64,000 nt of DNA from Histomonas meleagridis 2922-C6/04-290x. Its lineage: Eukaryota; Protista; Parabasalia. The position numbers were made by a program, and so were the translations under genes. This document shows positions 45,229-54,760 of this stretch, in pieces; within the stretch, counting starts at the first letter, position 1, and each line of letters opens with the position of its first letter. The stretch lies in the NCBI GenBank assembly GCA_020184695.1, contig JAANOX010000130.1, positions 62,001 through 126,000 of the forward strand. Reading direction: 5' to 3'. Below the pieces are notes generated by a model. That model made no database searches. It saw only the letters and a program-made list of their open reading frames with translations, and had not been told where the DNA came from.

Positions 45229-46662
45229 TTGGTCGGAAACGAAAATTTTATGAATTCAAATCCCGAATGTGAACTTTGTTCCAAACCAATAAAATATAGA
45301 ATGCTCTTCCCGTGTGAGCACAACAATATTTGCCTTCCATGTTTTATTCGTTATCGAAAACTTTATAATCATAATACTTGCTATTTCTGTCAAAAAGAAT
45401 TAACTGCTGATCCAATAGTAACTACTGACATGAAAATTACTTATGCCCAAGCTAAAGCAGAAAAACCATTGAGTAGTGAATATCATATATATTATTTTGA
45501 TGATGAAGTTAACGATTACATAGCATCACTGTTTCTATTTCAATGCCCAGTATGTACAATGCGTTTCAGTTCTTTTGATATTTATACTCAACATATGAAG
45601 ACACATAGAATGGGAACATGTTCAATCTGTTATGAATCTGGTCGATTTCTTCAAAGCGACGTTCCAACTTTACCATTTAAGAAGTTAAATGAACACATGA
45701 AACAACATCCTAGATGTATTTGCTGCAATCAAATCATTTTTGATCAAGCTTCATTAGCCAAACATATGCTTGAATATCATCACCGTTGTGACATTTGTGC
45801 CCAGAACAACAAAATTATCTGGTTTAAAGATGCTGCAGATCTTGTTGCTCATCATGAGAAATCACATTTCATCTGTCATTACCCATCATGTTCATCAGAC
45901 TCTCTTATTGCCTTTGCTACACGTGGGGAACTTTTGATGCATTTACAAGCCGTCCATCACGAAAAAGCAGAGATTGATTTCCAAACAGATTTCAAGGAAA
46001 AGAAGCAAGATGACTATAAAAAGATTGCACACAAGCGAATGGTTGAACTTAATCGACGATTTACCACTAAACTTAACACAGTATTTAATGGTAACAAGAA
46101 CATAATTGACAATCTAAAAGGTATTGCACGTAAATATATGAACAACGAACTCGATGCGAATGAATTCTATTCGCAATTTAGTAAAATATGCGGAAACAAA
46201 AAAGACCAAATCTTCATTGACATGGTCGCAATATTACCAGACGCAAAGAAAAGAGCAGATCTCGTGCACATACACGACTACACGTCAAGCGCGCCTTATG
46301 TTGTCGAACAACAAAGAAAAGAAGAACAAAAGAAAACTCAAAAGAAGCGAAACAACAACAAAAAGAAGAAAAATAATCCGTTTGTGTATGTTGCTGAAGA
46401 ACACGAGCACGAACTCGAAAATAAACAAGAAAAAGTTCAAGTGCAGCCGCCAAACAACAAGAAAATAACAATAGAAACGGCACATAACAATAATAATAAC
46501 AATGCACAGCAACAAAATAATGAAAATGAACAAAAGAAAGAACAAAATAATGAAAATAATAATAATCAAAAGAAAGAACAAAATAATGAACAACAACAGA
46601 AACCTCAAACAGATAGAAAGCCAAGGAAAAAGAAACAAAACAAAATTTTGTTGTCTTTTTAA
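45229..46662 (+). CDS. RING + multi-C2H2 E3 ligase, ZNF598/Hel2-like
   Basis: C3HC4 RING (CELC...CEH...CLPC...CYFC) followed by several C2H2 fingers and an Asn/Gln-rich tail. First ATG 45250. Confidence 0.8.
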   Translation: MVGNENFMNSNPECELCSKPIKYRMLFPCEHNNICLPCFIRYRKLYNHNTCYFCQKELTADPIVTTDMKITYAQAKAEKPLSSEYHIYYFDDEVNDYIASLFLFQCPVCTMRFSSFDIYTQHMKTHRMGTCSICYESGRFLQSDVPTLPFKKLNEHMKQHPRCICCNQIIFDQASLAKHMLEYHHRCDICAQNNKIIWFKDAADLVAHHEKSHFICHYPSCSSDSLIAFATRGELLMHLQAVHHEKAEIDFQTDFKEKKQDDYKKIAHKRMVELNRRFTTKLNTVFNGNKNIIDNLKGIARKYMNNELDANEFYSQFSKICGNKKDQIFIDMVAILPDAKKRADLVHIHDYTSSAPYVVEQQRKEEQKKTQKKRNNNKKKKNNPFVYVAEEHEHELENKQEKVQVQPPNNKKITIETAHNNNNNNAQQQNNENEQKKEQNNENNNNQKKEQNNEQQQKPQTDRKPRKKKQNKILLSF

Positions 46663-46904
46663 TATTGTAAGGTGAATAATAATAAAGAATAATAAATAAA
46701 ATTTAACCTGGCTCAAAAAACACAAAAAGAAATTTGTAAAATTGAGAAACTTCGTTTGCCGATAGAATATTAAGGATCTACAAAAGAAAAAATAAAAAAA
46801 AAATCAGTTTAAGAAATAATTAAATCATTTAAAAAGAGTTTCAAGAGAAAGGGTACGACGGGAATGTAGAAGGCTCTACAAAAGAAGAGGAATTCTAAAC
46901 TAAA

Positions 46905-47717
46905 TTAGATTACGCCACTTTTTTTGATCATTATTGACCACAATGTTATGTTTTTGTACCCAGAATACATAACGTCATCAAAAACAGCTTTTAAAATGTT
47001 TCTGCTTCCAATGATATTTGTAACCAATGGTAAGAGTTGATCATGAATAACATTATCATCATTTTCTCCATGCCATGGAGATATGATAATTTGGTTAAAT
47101 GGTTGGAAGATACCCGATCCAGGGGCATCATCAATCATTATTGTTTTCTCAACAGGAATATGAATGATATTCAGATCTTTTACAGCAAACCCTTTATGGT
47201 TAGTGATTGACTTCTTATAGAACCGATTATCTTTGGAAACAAAAGGAGCAATTTTGTCAATAATTGCATCTGCATATTCCTTTTGAGCTGCTGTAAATAT
47301 GAAAACATTATAGAGCTTTGAAACCTTTTTCATAAAATCCGAAAGGCCTGGTCTTATGTGAAGAAAGAATTTCTGATTGCCCGCATAAATTTCTTCACAA
47401 GGTTCTTTTGTTTTTATTCTTGTTGTATAAACAAGCGTTTCATCAAGGTCAAGAACCAAGTTAGGCCGGTTGTCATTGAATGTCTCGGCAACACTGGGTT
47501 TCATCCTTCGACTTGATAAAATAACGATAAGCATTGAAAAAATGAAAAAAAGACAAGAACTCATTTTGCCAAGCACAGAAAAATCAGTAAGACAAAGAAA
47601 ACAATTCAAAATTTGAGGTCTCAATACCACTTTTTGAATGAAAATTAAATTGTAATCGATCAAAAGCAATTTTCGATAGCATCGGAACGTTTGCCTTTCA
47701 TCACACAAACGCTTCAA
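46905..47717 (-). CDS. FCP1/SCP (NIF) HAD-family phosphatase, probably membrane-anchored
   Basis: LVLDLDETLV, IRPGLSDF, VFIFTAAQKEYADAIID, KDL...IMIDD; hydrophobic segment upstream. Confidence 0.9.
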   Translation of the reverse strand: MKRLCDERQTFRCYRKLLLIDYNLIFIQKVVLRPQILNCFLCLTDFSVLGKMSSCLFFIFSMLIVILSSRRMKPSVAETFNDNRPNLVLDLDETLVYTTRIKTKEPCEEIYAGNQKFFLHIRPGLSDFMKKVSKLYNVFIFTAAQKEYADAIIDKIAPFVSKDNRFYKKSITNHKGFAVKDLNIIHIPVEKTIMIDDAPGSGIFQPFNQIIISPWHGENDDNVIHDQLLPLVTNIIGSRNILKAVFDDVMYSGYKNITLWSIMIKKSGVI

Positions 47718-47869
47718 AAAGTGAAATTCCGTGAAACACAGCTTTTAACCGCCGAAAACGATGAACGAATTTTTTCATCTTTTGCTCAATGACTAAACAA
47801 TTTCATCATCTTCTCAATATATTAAATCCAAATCTCTTAAATTTAAACCGCGGCAACAAAAAATAACTT

Positions 47870-48212
47870 TTGACCGCAACGCAAATTCCTCATCAAAATG
47901 TAATTCCATTCACCAAAACAACGAAAACAAAAAATAAAATTTTTCCACAACGCAAATTCCTCATCAAAATGTAATTCCATTCACCAAAACAACAAAAACA
48001 AAAAATAAAATTTTTCCACAACGCAAATTCCTCATCAAAATGTAATTCCATTCACCAAAACAACAAAAACAAAAAATAAAATTTTTCCACAACGCAAATT
48101 CCTCATCAAAATGTAATTCCATTCACCAAAACAACAAAAACAAAAAATAAAATTTTTCCACAACGCAAATTCCACATCAAAATGTAATTCCGTTCGCCAA
48201 AACAACGAAAAC
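47870..48212. repeat. Intergenic 71-nt tandem repeat, about 4.7 near-identical copies
   Basis: gcaaattcc recurs at 47881, 47952, 48023, 48094 and 48165. Confidence 0.95.
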
Positions 48213-48261
48213 ATTTAAAGTTTCAGTAACAAAAAGTGAATTTTACCAAATAAATTTCGCG

Positions 48262-50862
48262 TTACTTCTGCCCGAACATTTTGGTGAAAGCGTTTTCGGT
48301 TTTCTGCTCCACCAAATTGTACTTCTCGAGGAGCTGCTTTAGCTTTGGGTCATTTTCCGTCATTTCGCACTTCTGCACTATCTCCAGCGTCGGCGCCACG
48401 TAATCCTTTACTACTTGGTCCGGGATGTCGCTCACGTTATACAGTGTGTGTAGTATCAGCATCATCGCCTGCTCCTTCTCTCCTTGCTCGCTCCAACTCG
48501 TTGCGCTGTTTGCGATTTCCGATACTTTTGGTATCACGTACCCCAATTGGAAGTCGATGTCCACGTCGTTCACTATCACGTTAAACACACGTAAGCATTG
48601 CAGCTTCAAATTGTTTGATTTCTCGAACCAATTGTTGAACAATTCGCGTATTGACTTGAGCACATTTATATCAGATGCAAAACGTGTCATGACGCCAGTG
48701 CAATTGATCACTTCCAATTGTAATGTCTCGTCTTCATCTGTGGACAACTTAAGGATGATCGGTAATATGTTTTTGGTTATTTCGCTTTGTTCAAGTGTCG
48801 GTAATATTTCGCTGATCACTGTGACAGCACAATTACGGATTGCGACGCGTGATGACTTACTAAGTTCTTCAATTAACTTAAAGATCATTAAACGCTTCTC
48901 AGGTTCGCGACTTGAAAACAAGTTAAAGGATGGCGCAATGAAGTCTTGGATATCACGCGACTTAAAGCCTCGTAATTCATTCGTTGCATATGTTAAGAAG
49001 TTCCGAGAATGTGTATAAAAGGTTTCACGATCACATGATGGAGATACGGCAGATAGGAATAATGTAACATGTTGACCTTTGGTTTCACCTTCTGTTTTAT
49101 CAATGACTGTAAGGAACTCAGGAACAATGAACTCGGACACAAATTGTTGGCCTAAGATTTTACAGCATTGGGCAACAATTCGATCGACTTCTTTACGAAT
49201 ATTAATTTGGACATATAACATTGGTGAGAATTTCGGTAATTGTGGAACTAATGTATTAGTAATCCATTCATATTCCGATTTGGGGATAATTATCGAATCA
49301 TTCGTTGTTGTTGTACCTTCTGGGATAAGTTGTTGATCTTCTTTTGGTGGATTTGGGACAATTGCTTTCATGGCTGTCTCTAATATTATGGCGCACGTCT
49401 TAAATCGAATGGTTGCTAACATCGATGAGCCTGTAAGGCCAAAAGTAAACGCATGTTTGATCCAAAAGTCACAAAATCCATGCCCGATATTACAACGAAG
49501 TTGAGTGAATTTCACAACCGCCGGGATGAAGTAATTCAATGCCGCTGAATGAACTGATGCGTCTTGATCGAAAGCAAATAATTTGGTGAGATCAAGTAAA
49601 TCAGGGAACTTATCATTAGCTTCACTTTCGTTTTGAAATGCTAAAACTAACTTAGAGCCATCAATTGCTGCTGATGATCGGACTAATGGATTACTATGTT
49701 CACTTAATTGCTTTAATATCGATAATAAAAATGAACATCGAAGCTGAATAGTACATAATGGAGCAATACTTGCGACTATTGATGAAACTAAACATAATAC
49801 ATTTGGATTGGTTTGGCCAAGTAAAAGTGACACAGCAGAAAGGACTTCGGACTCAATTCGCTCGGGATCTGTACAGGATTCAAGCATTGCATTAACTATT
49901 GCATTACGTTGTTCTTCATCTGGTTCATCCCATAAACTAAATAATAATGATAAACATTGAATTCGTGTTTCTTTGTTAGGATGGAACTTAATGATTGTCT
50001 CTAAGGGTTTGATTACACGTTTTCTTTCAGAAGGTTCAATGACATTTGCTAATTGCATCATATCTGAAAAGATGGAATCAAGTAATTCTACTTCTGGTGG
50101 TGCTTGTTGTATTTGAACAACAGGTGCTACAGATGGCTCTTTGTCCTTTTCCTGTGGTTTGTTAGTTTCGTACGAATTGACTAAGTTTGTCAGCTCGGCG
50201 TTTTGTTGTTTGATGTGATTAATGTCTTGAGTGAGTTGCATGATAGTGTTCTTCATCTTGATTTTGTCATTGCGGAGAGATTTGATCTCATCTGCCATTT
50301 GTGGGGAGTTTTCAAGTAGTCGGAATGATCTAAGAAGTTGAACTAAATCAACATCTTCCGAAATATTGACTTTCTTAGTTTGATTAAAATCACTAGTTTC
50401 GTTATTAAAAGCAATTGCAGAAAGTTTGTATCCTTTGCTTTGTAAATAACGACGAATTAAAATTGTGATAATTAGATCTTCATCATTTTCAGCTGGAGCT
50501 TCAAGATTAGTAGTAGAACTTTGAACAGTTTCAATTGGGGCTGTTTCTTGTTTCTTTAATTGTGCTTTTGCTTCTTCAAGAGAATCACGAAGAACTCGAA
50601 TATCATGTTCTAAAACAGCAATTCTATCATCTTTAATACGAATAGCATCATTAGATGATGCAATTGGTTCACTTGTATTGGAAGAAATCTCTGAAACACT
50701 TTTCATGTCTTCAAACATTAAAAAATTTGCTGAATCTTCGAAAAATTGAGATAATTCATCTATAGTTGTGCCTGTGCGCTCGTAGTTTTCGCACATAAAT
50801 TCTAATGCTGTTAAACTATAGTTATTTTCAACAAGATATTTTGAAACTGTGTGTTCATTCAT
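48262..50862 (-). CDS. LisH + coiled-coil + HEAT-repeat protein, RELCH/KIAA1468-like
   Basis: N-terminal SKYLVENNYSLTALEF, second LisH (IRRYLQSKGYKLSAIAF), coiled coils, HEAT repeats. Confidence 0.8.
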   Translation of the reverse strand: MNEHTVSKYLVENNYSLTALEFMCENYERTGTTIDELSQFFEDSANFLMFEDMKSVSEISSNTSEPIASSNDAIRIKDDRIAVLEHDIRVLRDSLEEAKAQLKKQETAPIETVQSSTTNLEAPAENDEDLIITILIRRYLQSKGYKLSAIAFNNETSDFNQTKKVNISEDVDLVQLLRSFRLLENSPQMADEIKSLRNDKIKMKNTIMQLTQDINHIKQQNAELTNLVNSYETNKPQEKDKEPSVAPVVQIQQAPPEVELLDSIFSDMMQLANVIEPSERKRVIKPLETIIKFHPNKETRIQCLSLLFSLWDEPDEEQRNAIVNAMLESCTDPERIESEVLSAVSLLLGQTNPNVLCLVSSIVASIAPLCTIQLRCSFLLSILKQLSEHSNPLVRSSAAIDGSKLVLAFQNESEANDKFPDLLDLTKLFAFDQDASVHSAALNYFIPAVVKFTQLRCNIGHGFCDFWIKHAFTFGLTGSSMLATIRFKTCAIILETAMKAIVPNPPKEDQQLIPEGTTTTNDSIIIPKSEYEWITNTLVPQLPKFSPMLYVQINIRKEVDRIVAQCCKILGQQFVSEFIVPEFLTVIDKTEGETKGQHVTLFLSAVSPSCDRETFYTHSRNFLTYATNELRGFKSRDIQDFIAPSFNLFSSREPEKRLMIFKLIEELSKSSRVAIRNCAVTVISEILPTLEQSEITKNILPIILKLSTDEDETLQLEVINCTGVMTRFASDINVLKSIRELFNNWFEKSNNLKLQCLRVFNVIVNDVDIDFQLGYVIPKVSEIANSATSWSEQGEKEQAMMLILHTLYNVSDIPDQVVKDYVAPTLEIVQKCEMTENDPKLKQLLEKYNLVEQKTENAFTKMFGQK

Positions 50863-50992
50863 TTGTAGCTAAATACGATGTCACTTTTTGATTTGGCACT
50901 TTTGAATAACACGTTATTTGTATCGTTCTAAAAAAGAGTTCTTTTGTCATTTATTTGTACAAAAATTAAAATCGCATTTATAAACAGTTTTA

Positions 50993-52198
50993 TTACTTTA
51001 TTTCAAATTCTGAAGTTTCACTTAACCAATTCATTAGGAACTTTTGTGCTTTTTCTCTATAACTATCTGTAGATTCAGCACCTGTATTAATACATAATGT
51101 CATAAAGTCCGACGAATATTTTTTCATGCCCTTAAACACGTCACCGATGACTGCTTGCTTGTTTACTACCCATGAATACCTATTAAATAATCCAACTCTA
51201 ATTCTACGACATAATTTGGGGTGGGCCAAACAAGTGAATATCATCGACCGCTGATATTGTAAGTCATCTGACAGCCGAAATTGGTGATGTATTGTTTGGT
51301 TGACATAATCCCCAAACACTTCAATGCTTTTTGCCATTAATTGAAGTGAAGATGGAAATATACTATGAACATTTGTATCATGTGGTTCAATAGATGCGAG
51401 CCGACGAAAGATACTTGCTGTGAAAAATCCTGCTGCGTTAAACTGTAGACGATCAGAATCATTACGATTAGGATCTTTCCGTCGATCTATATAGTTTGAT
51501 TCTGAATTTCGCCAACTTCTAAATTTTGTATATAATTTTGGTTCACCATTAAGACCAAAAAAATCCGCTTTATTTAGTGGGCGTGAAAAAAATGTGTCGT
51601 CATTAAGATAAAGAAATTGATTAGAAAGACCAGGAATGTTAGAAAGTGAAAATTCAATAGCATTGGAATTAAAAGATGGAAGTGCTGTTGGTGGGAAAAT
51701 AGTGGAATGATCAACGTATACAATTTTGGGATTGCTGGAGTTAACATAAGGAATGGTTTGGTTAGCAGTAACAATGAATATTTTTCGAACCCATGGTGTG
51801 AATTTTTCAATGCTTCGGAGAGAATAACGCATTTCTCCATAGTCAACATAACGACCTGTATTGGCTTTCTTACTGATTGAAAGCATTGGATATTTTTTCT
51901 CTGCTAATTCTTTTTTAGCTAGCCATGCTGAATCGCCTCCATTAACCCAAGTATAAACAGCATCAATGGCTAAATTTTCATTTTGAAAACCTATGGTATC
52001 AGGAACTTTAATGTATGATCGAAACCAAATTAGTGCAAAACCTAAGATAAAACAAAGTGTCTGAACCCATGGAGATTCGAAGTTTGCCTTATTCATAATC
52101 CTTACTGCTTTGCTTTGTTGATGAATTTCATCTGATTGCATGCAATGGTTCATTGGTTCATTAAAATTTATATACTTTACGTATATATTCAAAGGCAA
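50993..52198 (-). CDS. Stealth-family hexose-1-phosphate transferase (CpsY/GNPTAB-like), type II membrane
   Basis: IDAVYTWVNG (CR1), EMRYSLRSIEKFTPWVRKIFIVT (CR2), PSFNSNAIE...FLYLNDDTF. Confidence 0.9.
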   Translation of the reverse strand: MPLNIYVKYINFNEPMNHCMQSDEIHQQSKAVRIMNKANFESPWVQTLCFILGFALIWFRSYIKVPDTIGFQNENLAIDAVYTWVNGGDSAWLAKKELAEKKYPMLSISKKANTGRYVDYGEMRYSLRSIEKFTPWVRKIFIVTANQTIPYVNSSNPKIVYVDHSTIFPPTALPSFNSNAIEFSLSNIPGLSNQFLYLNDDTFFSRPLNKADFFGLNGEPKLYTKFRSWRNSESNYIDRRKDPNRNDSDRLQFNAAGFFTASIFRRLASIEPHDTNVHSIFPSSLQLMAKSIEVFGDYVNQTIHHQFRLSDDLQYQRSMIFTCLAHPKLCRRIRVGLFNRYSWVVNKQAVIGDVFKGMKKYSSDFMTLCINTGAESTDSYREKAQKFLMNWLSETSEFEIK

Positions 52199-52464
52199 TA
52201 TTTGAATGCTTTACCAATGATGGTGAACGTTAATCTAATTATTCGTTTTTAAGTAAAATTCTTTGGTTTATTACACTTTTTTTGGAAAAATTTTAATTAA
52301 AATAAACATTACAAATTTCTTGATTGGGATAAACTAGTCAAAAATTGAATTGAAATCATATCGGATCAGAAATATTTCAATATCTTCGGTTAAGCACTTT
52401 TACGGAGGTTTGAGGCGTTTTTCGACGGTTATTCTGAAGTTCAGAATTCTGAGTAAATTTTTTA

Positions 52465-52998
52465 ATGCTGAACAACGAAAATAACCAAATTCAACAACAA
52501 GAAGCTGATATCCAAAATCAATACGCAAACCTACAGATAGATCCATCTCGGATGCCTGCGCTTTTCCAAGCGTTTTTCCAAAATCAGCTTCCTCTTGATG
52601 ACGCTGGAAAGATATCAATTATGGGATCACGAGGATCTTGGACACAACAAGAAGATGACCTTCTAAGAAATGCCGTGCAACAAGTTGGAACAAGAAAGTG
52701 GAATGATATAGCTAAATTTGTACCAACCAGAACTGCAAAACAATGCCGTGAAAGATGGACCAATAGGCTTTCCCCTGAGCTTAAACATGGCCCATTTGAG
52801 CAATGGGAGGATCAAGTTATTATTCAGAAACAAAAGGAAGTTGGAAATAGGTGGTCTTTAATTGCTCAACTTTTACCCGGGAGATCATCAGGTTCCATTA
52901 AAAATCGATGGTATTCAAGTTTAAAGTCAACTTCACAAGAAATGAACATAGATCCAATATCAGAAATTCCTCCTCAACAGACAATGGACCAAATTTAG
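52465..52998 (+). CDS. R2R3 Myb transcription factor
   Basis: GSWTQQEDDLL...KWNDIA...RTAKQCRERW; GPFEQWED...NRWSLIAQLLPGRSSGSIKNRW. Confidence 0.95.
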   Translation: MLNNENNQIQQQEADIQNQYANLQIDPSRMPALFQAFFQNQLPLDDAGKISIMGSRGSWTQQEDDLLRNAVQQVGTRKWNDIAKFVPTRTAKQCRERWTNRLSPELKHGPFEQWEDQVIIQKQKEVGNRWSLIAQLLPGRSSGSIKNRWYSSLKSTSQEMNIDPISEIPPQQTMDQI

Positions 52999-53184
52999 CC
53001 TAGCGCATTAACTCAGCTTGCGGTTTTAAATAATTTTCAGTTTATTAAAAATCATCATGATTTACAACAATTTTTTTTCTCACACATCCAAAAGTTCGTT
53101 AAAATCACGATCAAATTCGATTCAAAAAGTTCGGAAGAAAATTTTTGTGCAAAAGTGAAATTCACCAAGTTTGATGGAGTTTTT

Positions 53185-54600
53185 TTAGTAATCATGTAAG
53201 CTGTCTGGTGGACAGCCAATTCCGTGTGTGCAGAATCCAATCTTTCTTAGTTCTGCTCTGTCGAGTAAGTTACGACCATCGAATATGAACGCGGGCTTAA
53301 CCATTGTCTTATAAATTGATTCATAATTATATGTCTTGAACTCTGGCCATTCTGTAAGAATTACGATTGCATGAGTAGCAACAGCGCATTCTTCAGCGTT
53401 CTTAAATACCTTTACATGCTTATTGAATACTTCTCTTGTTACTGTTGTATTATATGTTGATAATTCTAAGAACATTTGTTCTTCAGTTACTTGTGGATCA
53501 TAAATATGTAACATAGCGCCTTCAGTAATTAAAAAGTCGCAAACATATATTGCTGATGATTCACGTGTATCACCAGTGTCGGCCTTAAATGCAAATCCAA
53601 AGACTGCAATTCCTTTGTTAATTAATGTATCAAACATTGTATGTGCAATGTCGCGTGAAAATCGCTCTCTTTGATAATCATTAATTGTAATAACCATTTG
53701 CCAATAATCTGCAACTTGTTTAAGACCTAATGATTCGGCAATGTAAACAAGATTCAAAACATCTTTTTGGAAACAACTTCCTCCAAATCCAACGGATGCA
53801 CGAAGGAAACGTTCTCCAATACGTTTATCAGCGCCAACAGCGCGTGCAACTTCATTAATGTTAGCTCCTGTTTTTTCACATATTGCAGATATCGTATTGA
53901 TTGATGAAATCCTTTGTGCAAGAAATGCATTTGCTGTAAGCTTAGTAAGTTCAGAAGACCAAACGTTTGTGAAAATAATCTTTTCGCGTGGTACCCAATG
54001 TTCATAAACAGATGAAAGAGTCTCAGCTGCTTTAACACCAAGCTCAGATTCTTCGTGGCCGATGAGAATACGATCTGGGTTATGAAGGTCATCGATAGCA
54101 GTACCTTCTGCAAGAAATTCTGGATTTGATACAATTTGGAATCGAAGGCCATTAGTTGAATTTGCGTTCAAAACTGTTTGGATTGAACGTGAAACACCGA
54201 CAGGAACAGTACTCTTTTCGACAATGATTGATGGCTTTGTTGCATATTGACCGATTGTTCTGGATGCTGATTCTACGTAGTCAAGAAGAGCTGTTTTACC
54301 AGCACCGAAACCTACTGCTTTCGTTGGTGTACCGACAGCAATGAAAATGATGTCAGCGTCAGCTATTGATGCCTTGAGATCAGTTGAGAAATGAAGATTT
54401 CGGTTTCTATACTTTTCGACGATCTCTTGAAGCTTTGGTTCTTTGATTGGAATTGGAGAGTTTTTCCAAGCATTAATTTTACGTTCATCAATATCAACAA
54501 CTGTTACGTCTATATTGGGACATTTCTCAGCTATTACTGCCATTGTTGGACCACCGACATAACCAGCGCCTACGCAGACTATTTTGCTCACGTTTTTCAT
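53185..54600 (-). CDS. UGDH: UDP-glucose 6-dehydrogenase
   Basis: CVGAGYVGGPT, VGTPT, EKSTVPV, SNPEFLAEG, GFGGSCFQKD, FAFKADTGDTRES. Confidence 0.97.
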   Translation of the reverse strand: MKNVSKIVCVGAGYVGGPTMAVIAEKCPNIDVTVVDIDERKINAWKNSPIPIKEPKLQEIVEKYRNRNLHFSTDLKASIADADIIFIAVGTPTKAVGFGAGKTALLDYVESASRTIGQYATKPSIIVEKSTVPVGVSRSIQTVLNANSTNGLRFQIVSNPEFLAEGTAIDDLHNPDRILIGHEESELGVKAAETLSSVYEHWVPREKIIFTNVWSSELTKLTANAFLAQRISSINTISAICEKTGANINEVARAVGADKRIGERFLRASVGFGGSCFQKDVLNLVYIAESLGLKQVADYWQMVITINDYQRERFSRDIAHTMFDTLINKGIAVFGFAFKADTGDTRESSAIYVCDFLITEGAMLHIYDPQVTEEQMFLELSTYNTTVTREVFNKHVKVFKNAEECAVATHAIVILTEWPEFKTYNYESIYKTMVKPAFIFDGRNLLDRAELRKIGFCTHGIGCPPDSLHDY

Positions 54601-54760
54601 GCAAACTTAAAAGACAATGAAAAACGTTAACTTTTTGAGGGATTATTAATCACACAATAACATGACACCGACCCATTTGTCAGATTTTTTTGTGCTGTTG
54701 TATTCAATTGAATTTGATCGTTTTGTGAGATAATTACTTTTTTATTTTCATTTAATGTGT

